Below are positions 26,590-38,741 of a stretch of 64,000 bases of DNA, one piece after another (within the stretch, counting starts at the first letter, position 1; every line of letters starts with the position of its first letter). The notes under the pieces were generated by a model, which worked only from the letters and a program-made list of their open reading frames with translations, was not told the origin of the DNA and did no database searches. The DNA is from Chiloscyllium plagiosum (taxonomy: Eukaryota), in contig NC_057719.1 in assembly GCF_004010195.1 (NCBI RefSeq), forward strand, positions 19,145,347 through 19,209,346. The letters run 5' to 3'. The translations under genes and the position numbers were made by a program.

Positions 26590-26912
26590 GTTTATCCAGT
26601 ATATAGCTGACATCTTGGTGTGTTAATAGCTGGATTTTGTCTAGCTCAAAAGTCGTGGTTCATGTTTTTGGGCATTGTTCCATAACCCGAGCTGTGTGCA
26701 GACACCTCCGGAACCAGAAGTCAATCAGAATGTACACTGATTGGCCTGAGCAGAATATGCACAGACCGTCTGAGTGCACCATGGCCATGGTTATATCACC
26801 CCTTGGTTCAGGCTTTACACGAATAGTGATCATTTTAGTAATGTTCTTCGTGCTATCTCCCTTGGATATGAACTCATTCAAAACTCTGCTGCCCAATGCT
26901 GCAAAGTCCTGA
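26590..26912 (+). pseudogene. Dynein pseudogene exon, AAA6
   Basis: KVVVHVFGHCS...HRPSECTMAMVISPLGSGFTRIVIILVMFFVLSPLDMNSFKTLL aligns loosely with 'WVxLxNCHL...HxxFRLWLTSxPxxxFPxxILQxSxKxxxEPPxGLK'. An L2-like repeat begins at its 3' edge. Confidence 0.4.
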
Positions 26913-27879
26913 TTTACCAGCCCCCCTCTCCACTCATCAGCCAACACTGGCTCACTGTTCCATTGCCATCTATCCCTCCCCACCCCACCACCATAGCCTC
27001 ATTGATCCCTATCTTTTAAATCTCCATCTCAGTAAACCTCTGAAATTTCTGTATTCCTCTCTTCTGGTTTCTTGTGCACTGCCTTTAGCTTCACCAAGTC
27101 CCAAGCTCTGAAATTCCCTCACTGAACCTCTCTGCCTCTCTAGTTTTGTTCCTTCAAACCTGCTTCTTTGGTCACCTGCTTGAATACCTCAAGAGATTTG
27201 GTGTCAAAGGTAATTCGATAATGTCCTGTGAAAGCCTTTAACTGAAAGAGACTATGTAAGTGCATGTTGTTGTTAAGGTAGTAAACAACAGCTTGTATTC
27301 ATAGGAACCAATCTGTGTAAGAAAATGGGAGGGACATGCCAGAAATAAATAACAATAAACATTTCTTTGATGCTTTCAACAGAAATATAACTAATGTAAT
27401 TTCATAGGGAGATACTGAGCTCCCTGACAAATCTACAATCTGTACTAATAGCCAAAGATTGGACGATTCTTCACATTTACAAGGAGTGGGAGAAATCTAA
27501 CCCAAATGATCAATTTGCATAATGTAACCAGAATTTTTTTTTTAAATTGCAAACTTTAATTGTTAAATATTCAGCAAAGTAAAAATTAAGAACATAATGT
27601 AGTTGAGCTGTAGCTGAAAGCATGATCATGACAATTGTGCTGTACAACGTTAAAAAAAAATCAGCCTGTGTAAGCTAACGTGAAAGGGATACTACATACT
27701 TAATAGCTGTTTCTTGAATAAACTGGAAAAAAATTGAGCCTGTCATTTTTGGACATGGTCTAGAAATGTTCACACAGTCCCTGGAGGATTTAATTATTGC
27801 ATCTTCTCAGTCAGTCCAATTCGATTGAACCGAAAAGGTCATTCAGCACAGTCCATTTCTGTTAAAGAGTAAAGAGTGA

Positions 27880-28764
27880 CTGAACCTTGGCACTCCATTT
27901 ATCCTCCACTCTCTGCCATCAAGAGATAAAACAATATAAAGTGATGTAGCTGACAAGAGAGAGAGCCTGGATTCCAGCTTATGAGAACATAGTCAATGTT
28001 ATCAGACTCAAGGTCACATAATTTTTCACCCTGCTTTCGAACTGCACTATCAAGATGTAATTTCATCAATATTCTTCCCAGTAAATTATCTGTCGACAGA
28101 ACACTACATAACTGCTTTTTCAAGTCTTCAATCTAGCCAAATGGTTCATGCACAACACATGGCTAGACTTGTGACAGGAAAAAAAGAGAGGATTCAGTCA
28201 ACATGTCATTCAGACAATAATAAATGAGGATGCATGGTTGATAAGCATGCATTCAATCAATAAAAAAAATTCTATTAAACTATCCTCAAGTGATCAGAAC
28301 TCCATAGAGTTAGAGGGCCCTGTAGGTGCTGTCTTTTTCTTAAATGTCTGAACCTATGGCAACGTAATGTTCAATAGACCAGTTAAAAAAACACAAAGAA
28401 GCTAAACTATTGTGCTGCAGTGCCCAGCTACTGCCAGAAGAGAAAATAACATCAGCTACACTCAGGTCTACGACGTAATGGTGACTGATCCCACATTTAT
28501 TACTCGAGATTCTGGCTGACATTTTGCCAATTGCACTGCACAATTCCAGCCATTTTTGATTTAAAAAAATACTGTCCTCGGTTTCTTTTATAACTTTATT
28601 TCCAAGAAAAAAAATCTTCAAAGAAACAAAATTGAATTTGCTGATCCTTGATTGGGAATTCAGCTTTCCATAAGGACCAACAGACTGAGACCTACAGATA
28701 AAAGATGTTTTTCTTTTATCACTGACTTTGGACTGAATCTTACATTTTATTGGCCAAGTGCAAG
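27880..28764 (+). pseudogene. Dynein pseudogene exon(s), AAA6 lid and start of the C-terminal domain
   Basis: NLGTPFILHSLPSRDK, EAKLLCCSAQLLP, LLLEILADILP, LNLLILDWE; CAAG|gtaggt donor at 28764. Many stops. Confidence 0.4.
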
Positions 28765-30602
28765 GTAGGTAGAGCATGTTGGAGGGATTCTTGCAGCGAG
28801 GTCATGTGAAGTTTCTCACCATCTCTTATCAAGCACAGCTCATTAACTGCTGAGTCTACCTCATGGTGTATTATCTAGCCTCATTGTAGCACTCACCATT
28901 CCTTGAATAACTTGCCACTCAAAAGACTGGCATTCCTTGAACTTGGGGCATTTCTAAAAGCTTGTTGTTCACCTGGAGCTACCCTGCACTATTCCTGATA
29001 TTTGCCCCAGGCATGGGAATTTGCCTCCCTGCTCTGCAGGTGCTTGGTTACCAACACCCAACTCCTCACCCCTTATCTGGAGAGAATCTTGACTCTGACC
29101 ACCCCAGCTCCTCACTGACCACGTTCAAGCCACTGGCCATGTTTTGGAGACTGCTCTTGACCTACTGTGCATGGATGCCCTGAGCGAAGACTATCCCAAC
29201 CGACCTGAATGAGGCTTGCTGACAACGCTGACAAACTTCTTGTCTTTGTGCCTGCACTACCCCGCAAGGCAAGACAGAAGTAATGAAAGGAGAAAGTGAG
29301 GACTGCAGATACTGGAGGTCAGAGCTGATAAGTGTGACGCTGGGAGCAGATAGGTGGGAAGGAAGATGGGCAGGTAGGAGAATTCAAGAAAGCGGTGCCA
29401 AGTTGGAGGTTTGGATCTGGAATGAGGTGGGAGGACGGAAGATGAGGAAAGTGGTGAAATCGACGTTGATGCCATGAGGTTGGAGGGTCCCAAGGTGGAC
29501 GATGAGGCACTCTTCTTCCAGGTGTTGGAAGGCGAGGATTAGGCAGTGGAAAATGCCCAGGATTTGTATGTCCTCGGTGGAGCGGGAGGGGGAATTGAAG
29601 TGGTCAGCCACTGGTGTGTGTGTGTCCCAGAGATATTCTCAAATGTTCTGCGAGTTGGCGTCCTGTCTCCCCAATGTAGAGGCAACCACATCCTGAGCAA
29701 CGGATACAGTCGATGAGGTGTTTGAATATGCAGGAAAATCTCTGTCAGATATGGAAGGATCTTTTGGGGCCTTGGATGGAGGTGAGGGGGGAGGTGTGGG
29801 CACAGGTTTTACACCTCTTGCAAAGGCAAACAAAGGTGCTGGGATTGGGCTTGGGTTGGTGGTTGGCATGGATCTAACGACGGTCATGGAGGGAATTGTG
29901 TCTGCGGAATGCTGATAGAAGTCAGGAGGGAAATATATCTCTGGTGGTGGGGTCTGGCTGTGAGTGGTGGAGGATGATGCACTGCATCCAGAAGTTGGTA
30001 GGGTGGAAGGTGAGGATCAGGGCGGTTCTGTCCTTGTTGCGGTTGGAGGGGTGGGATTCAAGGGCAGAGGTGCGGGAAGTAGAGGAGATGCACTGGAGAG
30101 CATTGTTGACCATGTGGGAGGGGAAATTGGAGCCCTTGAAATAAGAGGCCATCTAGGATGTTCTGGAGTGTAATTGCTCCTCCTGGGAGCAGATGCTGAA
30201 GAATTAGGAGTAAGGGAAAGCATTTTTAAAAGAGGGGTAGGGGTGGGAGGAGGTGTAGTCCAGGTAGTTGTGGGAGTCGGTAACTGTGGGTTTGAAGTAG
30301 ATGTCCGTGTTGAGTCAGTCACTGGAAATGGAGACAGACAGGTCCAGGAAGGAGATGGAGATGTCCAAGATGATCCAGGAGAACTTGATGTCAGGGTGGA
30401 ATGTGTTCATCAAATTGGTGAACTGTGCAATGTTCTTGTGGGAGCACAAGGTGGAGCCGATACAGTCTTCAGTGTAATAGAGGAAAAGGTGTGGAATGGT
30501 GCCAGTGTAACTGTGGAAGGTGGACTGTTCCATGAACCCAATGAACAGGCAGGCATAGCTACTACCCCTTTGGTCTGAAGGAAGTGGGTTGATTTGAAGG
30601 AG

Positions 30603-30691
30603 TTGAAACTTTATTGCTGGAACAGCACAGCAGGTCAGGCAGCATCCAGGGAACAGGAGATTCGACGTTTCGGGCACAGGCCCTTCTTCAG
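30603..30691 (-). mobile_element. Short family A element nested in the long PLE
   Basis: 12-bp TSD gatttgaaggag (30591-30602 and 30692-30703). Confidence 0.8.
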
Positions 30692-30693
30692 GA
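30660..30693 (-). ncRNA. Minimal hammerhead ribozyme motif, intact core
   Basis: tc-CTGAAGA-A-GGGC ctgt GCCC-GAAA-cg-TC-ga. Confidence 0.6.
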
Positions 30694-32401
30694 TTTGAAG
30701 GAGAACTTGTTGAAGGTGAGGACCAGTTTATCTAATCAAATGAGAGTGTCAGTGGAAGGGTACTGGTTGGAACAGCAGGAGAGGCAGAAAGGGAGGGCTT
30801 GGAGGCCTTCGCCATGGTGGAGGGATATGTACAGGGAGTGAATGTCCATGGTAAAGATGAGATGTTGGGGTCTAGGAAAATGAAAGCCATGAAGAAGGTA
30901 GAGGGTGTGGGTGGTGTCCCAATCATATGTGTGAAGATCCTGGTTCAAGAGGGTCAGAACAGTGTCAAGATACGTAGAGATAAGTTCAGTGGGGCAGGTG
31001 CAGGCTGAGACAATGGGCCAACCGGGGCAGTCAGGTTTGTGGATTTTGGGTAAGAGGTAGAACCAGGTTCCCGGACTATGAGGTTGGAGGTTATGGATGG
31101 GAGCTCCCCTGAGTTGATGAGGTTGTGGATGGACTGGGAGATGATGGTTTGGTGATGGGAGGTGAGGTCGTGATCGAGGGGCAGTGGGAGGGGGTGTCCA
31201 CGAGTTGGTGCTTGGCTTCAGCGGTGTAGAGGTCAGTGCACCAAACTAACACTGTGCTGCCCTTGTCTGCTGGTTTGATGGTGAGGTTGGGTTTGGAGCG
31301 GACGGTGTGGAGGGCTTTGCGTTGCGAGGTTGAGAGGGATGGACAGGTTTAGGTTGTCAACCTCACGACAGCAGTTGTAGATGAAGAGGTCAAGGGTGGG
31401 TAACAGACAAGCACGGGGTGTCCAAGTGGATGGGTATGTTAGAAGTGGGAGAAGGGGTCCTCAGAGGGTGGTTGGGGGGGAGGCAATGTCCTGATGGGAA
31501 AAGTAAGCATGGAGGCGGAGGTGGCAGAAGAAACATTTGATGTCGCAACGCCTATGGATCACATTGATCCAGTAGTGTAGTGGGATGAAGGTGAGAGGAT
31601 CACATTGATCCAGTAGTGTAGTGGGATGAAGGTGAGACCTTTACTGAGGACTGATCATTCATCCTCAGTGAGGGGGGAGGTCTGGGGGAATGGTAAAAAC
31701 TTGGCAATGCTGGGGGCTAGGACCTGGTGTAGAGCTGGAGTTAGGAGTGGGGGCAGAGACTGTCTCTGAAGTGGGTGTGGTCATGGTGTCATTGGTGATG
31801 TCACCAAAGGAAGTAATATACATTGTGGCGGTGAAGGGGGGAGGGGTAGTGGCAGAAGTAATATGAGCCCAGCCATTCTGGATGAGGGGGTAAAATTGCT
31901 CAATGGCAATGCTTGGCAAGGATGTTACAAGCATTCAGGTAAGCTCAGAGTGAGCGAGCTCCAGAATAGTGAGCAAAATACCCAGAGATGCAGCCTAGTC
32001 CAGTGCATGAGCTGGGTGCCTGTGTTTGAACTTGCAGTTTCCTTGTAGCAATATTGCAATGATAGTTGCTGCTGCAGGCCAACCTGTTGCACAGATGTAC
32101 AGAAGTGTCCTGAAAGTGGATCTCAGATGTGCCATGCATGTTCTTAGATGGTACCACATGTTGGATGCCAATGTCTGTGAACATGGATTGAATGATGCTG
32201 GTACCCATGGAACATGTCCTGAAATGTCAGTGCCCAGTTTGGATGGCATTTGGAGCAGTGCCAAGCTGAAGTTGCTAGGTACCCTCTCTGACTACCATGC
32301 TGAGAATTCTCGATATATAGTTTGCTTGGCACATTTGTTAAGATAGCGAAATGCTGAGATTAGAGTCAAGATTAGTGTGGACTACAGATGATGAGATTAG
32401 A

Positions 32402-32596
32402 GTCAAGATTAGTGTGGTGCTGGAAAAGCACAGCAGATCAGGCAGCATCCGAGGAGATGGAAAATCGACGTTTCGGGCAAAAGCCCTTCATCAGGAATCA
32501 CTCCTAATGAAGGGCTCCTGCCCGAAAAGTCGATTTTCCTGCTCCTCGGATGCTGCCTGCCCTGCTGTGCTTTTCCAGCACCACACTAATCTTGAC
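32402..32596. mobile_element. Head-to-head palindromic family A element
   Basis: Inverted arms of about 94 bp (32402-32495 and 32503-32596). Confidence 0.85.
32463..32498 (-). ncRNA. Minimal hammerhead ribozyme motif, intact core
   Basis: attc-CTGATGA-A-GGGC tttt GCCC-GAAA-cg-TC-gatt. Confidence 0.65.
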
Positions 32597-32959
32597 ATTT
32601 GTTATGATGTGAAGTTGAATATTAATGAGATTAGTTGTGCCATTAAAAAGGCTTTAAGCATCCTATAATCCTTATGGCAACCCCTGACTTGCAATTTGCT
32701 GCTGCCTGGAGAGAATCTCATCATGTTACCCAGCAAAAACCTAAGAGATGAAATGAGATACTCCCAAAGTCAAGATAGGTCTTGAGGGCTTTTGCCCGAT
32801 TCTGCTACAAATCACACACATGTTGCTCAGAACCCTGTAAGATTCCACCCGTTATGTTTAACAAAACAAAAATTTGACATTGGCCCAAATTTGTCCTGCC
32901 AAAGCATCTTGTCAGACTTGCTGTTGCATTTTTATACCATTGTTATAGTTGCAATCATC

Positions 32960-33255
32960 GCCATAGAGTCATACAGCATGGATACATACCCTTCAGTCCA
33001 ACTAGTCCATGCTAAACATAACCCAAACTAAACTAGTCCCACCTGTCTGCTCCTGACCTTCCTCCAAACTTTTCCTGTTCATGTCTTTTAAATGTTGATT
33101 GCACCCATATATACTACATCCTCAGGAAGTTCATTCCACATGCAAACCACTGTCTGTGTAAAAAATATGCCCCTCAGGTCTTTGTTAAATCTGTCTCCTC
33201 TCACCTTCAAAATGTGCACCTTAAAATGTGCCCCCTAGTCTTCAAATCCCCCACT
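32960..33255 (-). mobile_element. CR1 3' end
   Basis: Homologous to 35325-36040, 47115-47500 and 60850-61150. Confidence 0.75.
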
Positions 33256-33627
33256 TTGCTTTAAAGATCCTGATGGCAACTTACTAGTGGTGCAAGGTGC
33301 TGACATCATAACAAGGAAAACACAGGATCTAGAACCTAATTAAACAGGAGACACATCAATTCATCTCCATTAGGAGAGTGAAGGATTGTGGAATGGATAA
33401 TGCAAGCTTTGAGAAAGAAGTGTAAGTTAGACGGGGTGAATGGGAGGAGGAATCATCAGCAATCACTCACTAACAAATATGATTATCCACCTAGGGAATT
33501 CCATCTCACTGGTCAAAGGTAATGGGTCCAATGTGTCTTTGCATGGCTGATGACCTCGATATGGAGCTGCATCTCTAACCACAGGTGTTTCCGGAAGGTG
33601 GAATTGATCTTTGACATAGAGATCATT

Positions 33628-33730
33628 GTTAAAAATCACACAATACCAGGCTATCGTCCAACAGGTTTGTTTGGAAGTACTAGATTTTGGAGCACTGCTC
33701 ATTCATCAGGTAGCTAGTGAGGACAGGATC
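33628..33730 (-). mobile_element. Short PLE-terminus element, family D (decayed hammerhead)
   Basis: - strand acCTGATGAat-GAGC agt GCTC-caaaa; related copy at about 8815-8900. Confidence 0.5.
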
Positions 33731-33749
33731 ATAAGACATAGATTTTGAG

Positions 33750-34450
33750 ATCATTGGCATTCCTTTATCCAGTTATTTCTCTGTACTCCTTCTTACAAAC
33801 ATGTGTTCTCGAAGTATTGTGTGCTTTCTCACAAGAGTTTCCTGCAAGTTGGTTTCCACTCAATGAGGGTCTCTCATGCAGTGACAACAACATTGCATTT
33901 CTTGAGGGAGGCCTTCAAGGAGCCTTTGAAACAATTCCTTTCAGTTCCTGTCATTCAATTGTCTTCCTTGAGTTAGATGAAGATGATTTGCTTTGGTAGT
34001 AGGAACTCAGGCATCCTGAGAACATGGGTGACCCAACAGAGTTGGGTTTGGATGATCTCGAAGATGGTGCTGTTAGCTGCTTCAAGGACACTGATGTTAG
34101 TGCACCTGTCCTTCTAGCTGTTGTGGAGAATCTATCTGTAAAAGCATTGATCATACTTTTTGAGGGCCTTGAGGTGGTATCTGTACATAGATCAGGTTTC
34201 AGAGCCATACTGAAGAGTCAGAAAGATGATTGCTTCATACACAAGGATCTTGGCATCAGCACAGATGTCATGGTTATCAAAATTTCCCATCCTTAGGTAT
34301 TTGAAGGTAGCGCTCACAGATTAGATAACTATGTTGAATTTCCACATCAAAGCCAACCTTGAATAAGTGGCAGCTTCTTAGGTAAAGGAAATGTTCCAGG
34401 TTTGGGAGCATTTCTCCATTTTTCTTAATGGAAGGATGGAGCAGAACATG
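33750..34450 (-). mobile_element. RTE-clade LINE ORF 3' fragment
   Basis: GSETWSMYRYHLKAL...TNISVL...QLCWVTHVLRMP..LPKQ...FKGSLKASLKKC. Confidence 0.8.
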
Positions 34451-35324
34451 TCCTGGGTTGGGTTGGTAAAGGAGTTTGGAGGGTTGTATTCCTCTGAGTA
34501 GACACCTTCTGTGGGACATCTTTTAACATGGAATGCTGTTATACTTCAGTAGACACATGGTCCTTGGAATAATGTAGATCCTCAGTGCCTGAGGATCTCC
34601 CTACTGCTGTAGCCTTCATCCACCATCCTCCGCCTGGATTGCCATTAAGGACTTGTTTAATTTTGGGCTTTGTCTGGTTCTTCCCTGCCAGCCTTACCAT
34701 TGGGAAGATCTGACGACCTTGCTGTCAAGATTAACAGAAAACCCAAGCATCTCCACTGCAGCAAGGTGGCAATCCATTGCCCCTAATCCTTTTTACCTTC
34801 AAGGAACAATGGACTTGCAATGGAGGCAGTTCATTAGCTTGATTCCTGGATGAAGGGGTTATCCCATAAGGGTACATTGAGCAGGTTGAGTCTACAGTCT
34901 TCGGAATTTCAAAGAATGCATGTTAATCTTACTGAAAAAATATAGACCCAGACATTCTGATGGTTAGGTAGTCATTCCAGCAACGAAGACTGGATTTACA
35001 CTTTGGATTCATGCGTAAATCACAATGCAGCTTACTCTGTGGGAATTCCAAATCCTGCGTCTGGAGCCCTCTAAAAAAGCCTCTTAAACTTGAAGAGTTC
35101 AGAGAGTTCTGACTCACTTGAGTTTCATCATAAATTAGCTAAGGTTAGAGTACTAAAGTCATGCTCTAACTTCTGAGTAATTATTAAACTGAACCCTGAC
35201 TCACTTCTGAGTCCTTAGTTGCACCCGCCTGGGCCCTGGCATGCTCTGGCCCAACAACAATCTCCCACCTTTGACCCAACGCTGACCTCACTTCTCTGCC
35301 CCGGACTTGACCTTACCAGACCGT

Positions 35325-36040
35325 AGAGTCATAGAGCCATACAGCAAGTGAATAGACCCTTTGGTCCAGCTAGTCCATGCCATATTCCCAAACTAAACTA
35401 GTTCCACTAGTGTGCTTTTGAACCATATCTTCCAAATGTTTCTATTTATGGACTTATCCAAAAGCCTTTTAAACGTTGCAACTACATCCAACACTTCCTC
35501 TGGCAGTTCATTCCACAGACTAACTAGTCTCTGTTTAAAAAAGTTGCCCTTCATATCCTGAAAAATATATCCTCTGCTTTGAACTCCCCCATCCTCGGGA
35601 AAAGACCTTTGCTATTTACTATATCTATGCACCTCACAATTTAAAAAACTTCTATAAGTCTCTTATAATTCAGTAAAAAATGTCCCTGCCTATCCAGCCT
35701 TTTTTTATAACTCAAACTCTTTATTCCCAGCAAAATGCTGATAAATATTTTCTGAACCCTCTCCACTTTAATAACACCCTTCCTACTGCAGAGCGACCAG
35801 AACTGCACATAGAAGAGGCCTCACCAATGTCCTGTACAACCTGAACATGACATCCCAACTCTATACTCAGAGGTCTGAGTACTGAAGGCTAAACGCCTTC
35901 CTAACCACCCTGTCTACATGGTGCAAATTTCAAAGAATTACCGGAATGTACCTGAAATGTTAGCTCTCTCTATTCTACATCACTACACAGGGCCCTGTTA
36001 TTAATTGTATAGTTCTTGCCCTTGTTTATTTTACCAGACT
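35325..36040 (-). mobile_element. CR1 3' fragment
   Basis: Homology to other CR1 copies in the window. Confidence 0.8.
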
Positions 36041-36405
36041 GGACCTGAATCCCCACCGTAAGCACACATTTTCTCACCTGGTACCCTAAACATTCAGACC
36101 TTACCACCACCTATCTGACAGTGCAACCATCTTGCACTGTATCCCCTCATTTACTTTAAAAACCTCCCATGCCTAACAACTTTCAAAGTGTCTGCTGAAC
36201 ATTTAACTTCAGAATACCGCTGGAAAAGGGGGCATGGACTTTGTCTGTTGCCAGATTTCATGATTCCTGGACAAGTTTGTTGCAAGTTCCCAATCTAGGA
36301 ATCTCAGCATTTGTCAAAAAATAAGTCGGTAATTTTTAATCTCATCAGGAGTTGAAATTGCTGTTGTTGTGTTGCCATAGACTTACCAGACTACAGGGAC
36401 TGCTC

Positions 36406-36496
36406 GAAATGTGTTGCTGGAAAAGCGCAGCAGGTCAGGCAGCATCCAGGGAACAGGAGAATCGACGTTTCGGGAATAAGCCCTTCTTCAGCCCTT
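36406..36496 (-). mobile_element. Short family A element with hammerhead core at 36461-36491
   Basis: 15-bp TSD ctacagggactgctc (36391-36405 and 36497-36511); - strand CTGAAGA...GAAACGTC. Confidence 0.8.
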
Positions 36497-36935
36497 CTAC
36501 AGGGACTGCTCTTCCATTACAGAGAAGCAACCAGTGGTGATTTAAGATGGAAAGGTTGAGAAGGAGAATCTTTCACATTAACTTCAAACCAGTGTTGGGA
36601 ATTGAACCCACTCTGGTAGCATCACATCACTCTATAAATTAACAACCCAGCCAACTGAGCTAAACCAATACCCAGATTTGAAACAAAAGGCTGGATTTCC
36701 CCATTGTTAGGCTGGACAGGTGTCATGAATTAGCTCACAGTGACCGTTTTCACACCAGCTTCCACTCCTCAGTAATTATACAATTGGACTCTTCAGCCGT
36801 TCTCCTCCAATCATTTGGCAAGAGAAATAAGGTTCTTGTCATTGCTGGGACCTTCAGGTGTACAAGCCATTGAAAACCTTTTCAGATGCTGCAAACCAGC
36901 AACTGGCCTTCACACTGTTCTCTTAGGGAACTGAA

Positions 36936-37140
36936 ATGGCCCAGAGCAAGAAACTGGCACCTCGCTTTTCAGTTCGAGAACAGAACACTTTGGTGGGTGT
37001 GTTGATGAAGAAAAAGATTGTCCTCTCTACAGTGGACCACCAGAGGAAGCCAAAGAAGCTAACTATAGCCATGCAGTACTGTCCCCATTCTTTGCAATGC
37101 AGGAAAAATGTCAATCGTCTTCTGCAATCCACAAGGGTAC
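36936..37140 (+). mobile_element. Myb/SANT-like remnant, probably from a PIF/Harbinger transposon
   Basis: MAQSKKLAPRFS...LV...QCRKNVNRLLQS; compare 'APRFS...QCRKKxNDL'. Confidence 0.5.
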
Positions 37141-37726
37141 ATGCCACCATCTTCTCTCTTTACATTGCACATTGTCACTGCACAAAAACCTCACCACTGC
37201 TCACAGACTACCAATCTCAGTAATGGATGGAGAATTGCCAATCAACATCTCTCAAACACTTCTTCCTCCGTAACTACTGACCCTTCCTTCCCTCTGCCTA
37301 AACAGCTCTTCAATCCACAGCCAGGCAGCCTCCAAGTAAGCTCAATGTGAATGAATGCTGAGAAAAGAAGATGTACCTTTGTCCAAGCACCCTGTGTATA
37401 TACGCGGGATGGCTGTGTGCGCAAAGTGTCTTAGCCACAGCATGGAAGTCAGAGGGGACTCTGAACTCCCAGAATGCAGTCCTGAGTTGGATTCTGAGTT
37501 GCAGACCAGCCATGATCATGTAGTGAGGCTGGTGGCTTGCCAAGACCAACTTCAGCAGATAATGTGTGAAGGATGATACATCCACAGAGCATTCAAAGAC
37601 AGGTTGGTGAAGGGATATTAAAATGGAGACCAGAGGTGCAGTCAGAGAGCCAGGAAAACATTTGGACTTTCAAGTTGGAAAGTGTTGTCATTTAATTTCC
37701 TGGGAAAGGAGGGGAGAATTGAAAAC

Positions 37727-38430
37727 TGTTATGACATGGGGTAGACTCTCCTGCTTAATATAAAGCAGCAACACAGAAAAGATTTATCCCGTGCAGTAAT
37801 CTGAACATTCGCGAGACGAAGAACGATTTAAAGTAAAAAATTAACAACTTTATTTCTTAAAGTATAACAGAGAATAATTAACTAATAACTGTTTACAGCT
37901 CCTTCCTCTAACCTATCTTTTACCTCCCCTTCCACAATACTGGTCCGATAAAAGCGCTGATTAAGATTTACAAAACAAAACTTCTTATCTCAAAACCAGG
38001 CAGCTTTTGGTTCTTCCCTGTACTCCTGTCTTCTTTTCTTCTTCTTGGGGATTCTGCTTCATAGGTTACTGCTCGATAAAGGTACCTATTTTTTTGGGCA
38101 GTTTCTACATGCTGACTTGGCAGTTCTCCTCCCAACTATTCAATCTTCCCCGGTCTTATACCTCCAAAGCATTAGATTGTGTCATTGGCTTTTAAGATTG
38201 TCAATATACTCAATTCAAACTGGATTAGAGTTTGGTATTGTTTTTTGGAGGTGTATAATTTAAACTAATTGGACTAATTCAAATCTGTTTTTGTCTCCAG
38301 GCAACCAGCTACCCTAGCTACCCCAGTAGCTGGAGCACATGTTAAATTGTATCTTATTGAGTACACTTGGTGCTGTCACTGCTAGTTTTTAACTCTCTTA
38401 AAGGTACAGTACACCCACATCTTCATCACA
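37727..38430. mobile_element. Solo LTR (Gypsy-like)
   Basis: TGTTATGA...TCATCACA termini with a 4-bp TSD aaac. Confidence 0.75.
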
Positions 38431-38602
38431 AAACTGCTTAGAAAGAAAATGAACCCAGAAACTAGTGAGATGAAAATAAGTGGAAACGTTGAAAATAGGA
38501 CCAGGAATAGACATAAAAGTGTGCCCTTTGAGCCTGCTCCACCATTCAATAATGGTTATGGTTGCTCAGTACGCTGTTTCCACTTTTGTCCCATATCATG
38601 GG

Positions 38603-38741
38603 ATCTCTACAGTGTGGAAGCAGGCCCTTCGGTCCATCGAGTCCACACTGACCCTTCGAAGAGCACCCTACCCAGACCCACACCTCCCCTACTCTATCCT
38701 GTAATCCTGCATTTCCTGTGGCTAATGCACCTAGCCTGCAC
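38603..38741 (-). mobile_element. HE1-type SINE 3' fragment
   Basis: Reverse-complement similarity to the 3' half of 41174-41465. Confidence 0.65.

Larger units (their letters stand above)
29284..31750 (-). mobile_element. Long decayed Penelope-like element (RT plus GIY-YIG), possibly extending to about 32340
   Basis: IFTMDIHSLY (RT motif A), SYACLFIG...YYTEDC (decayed YIDD), FLDLSVSI, LILTFHPTN, CQVFTIPPDLP; 41-bp tandem duplication at 31556-31637. Confidence 0.88.
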
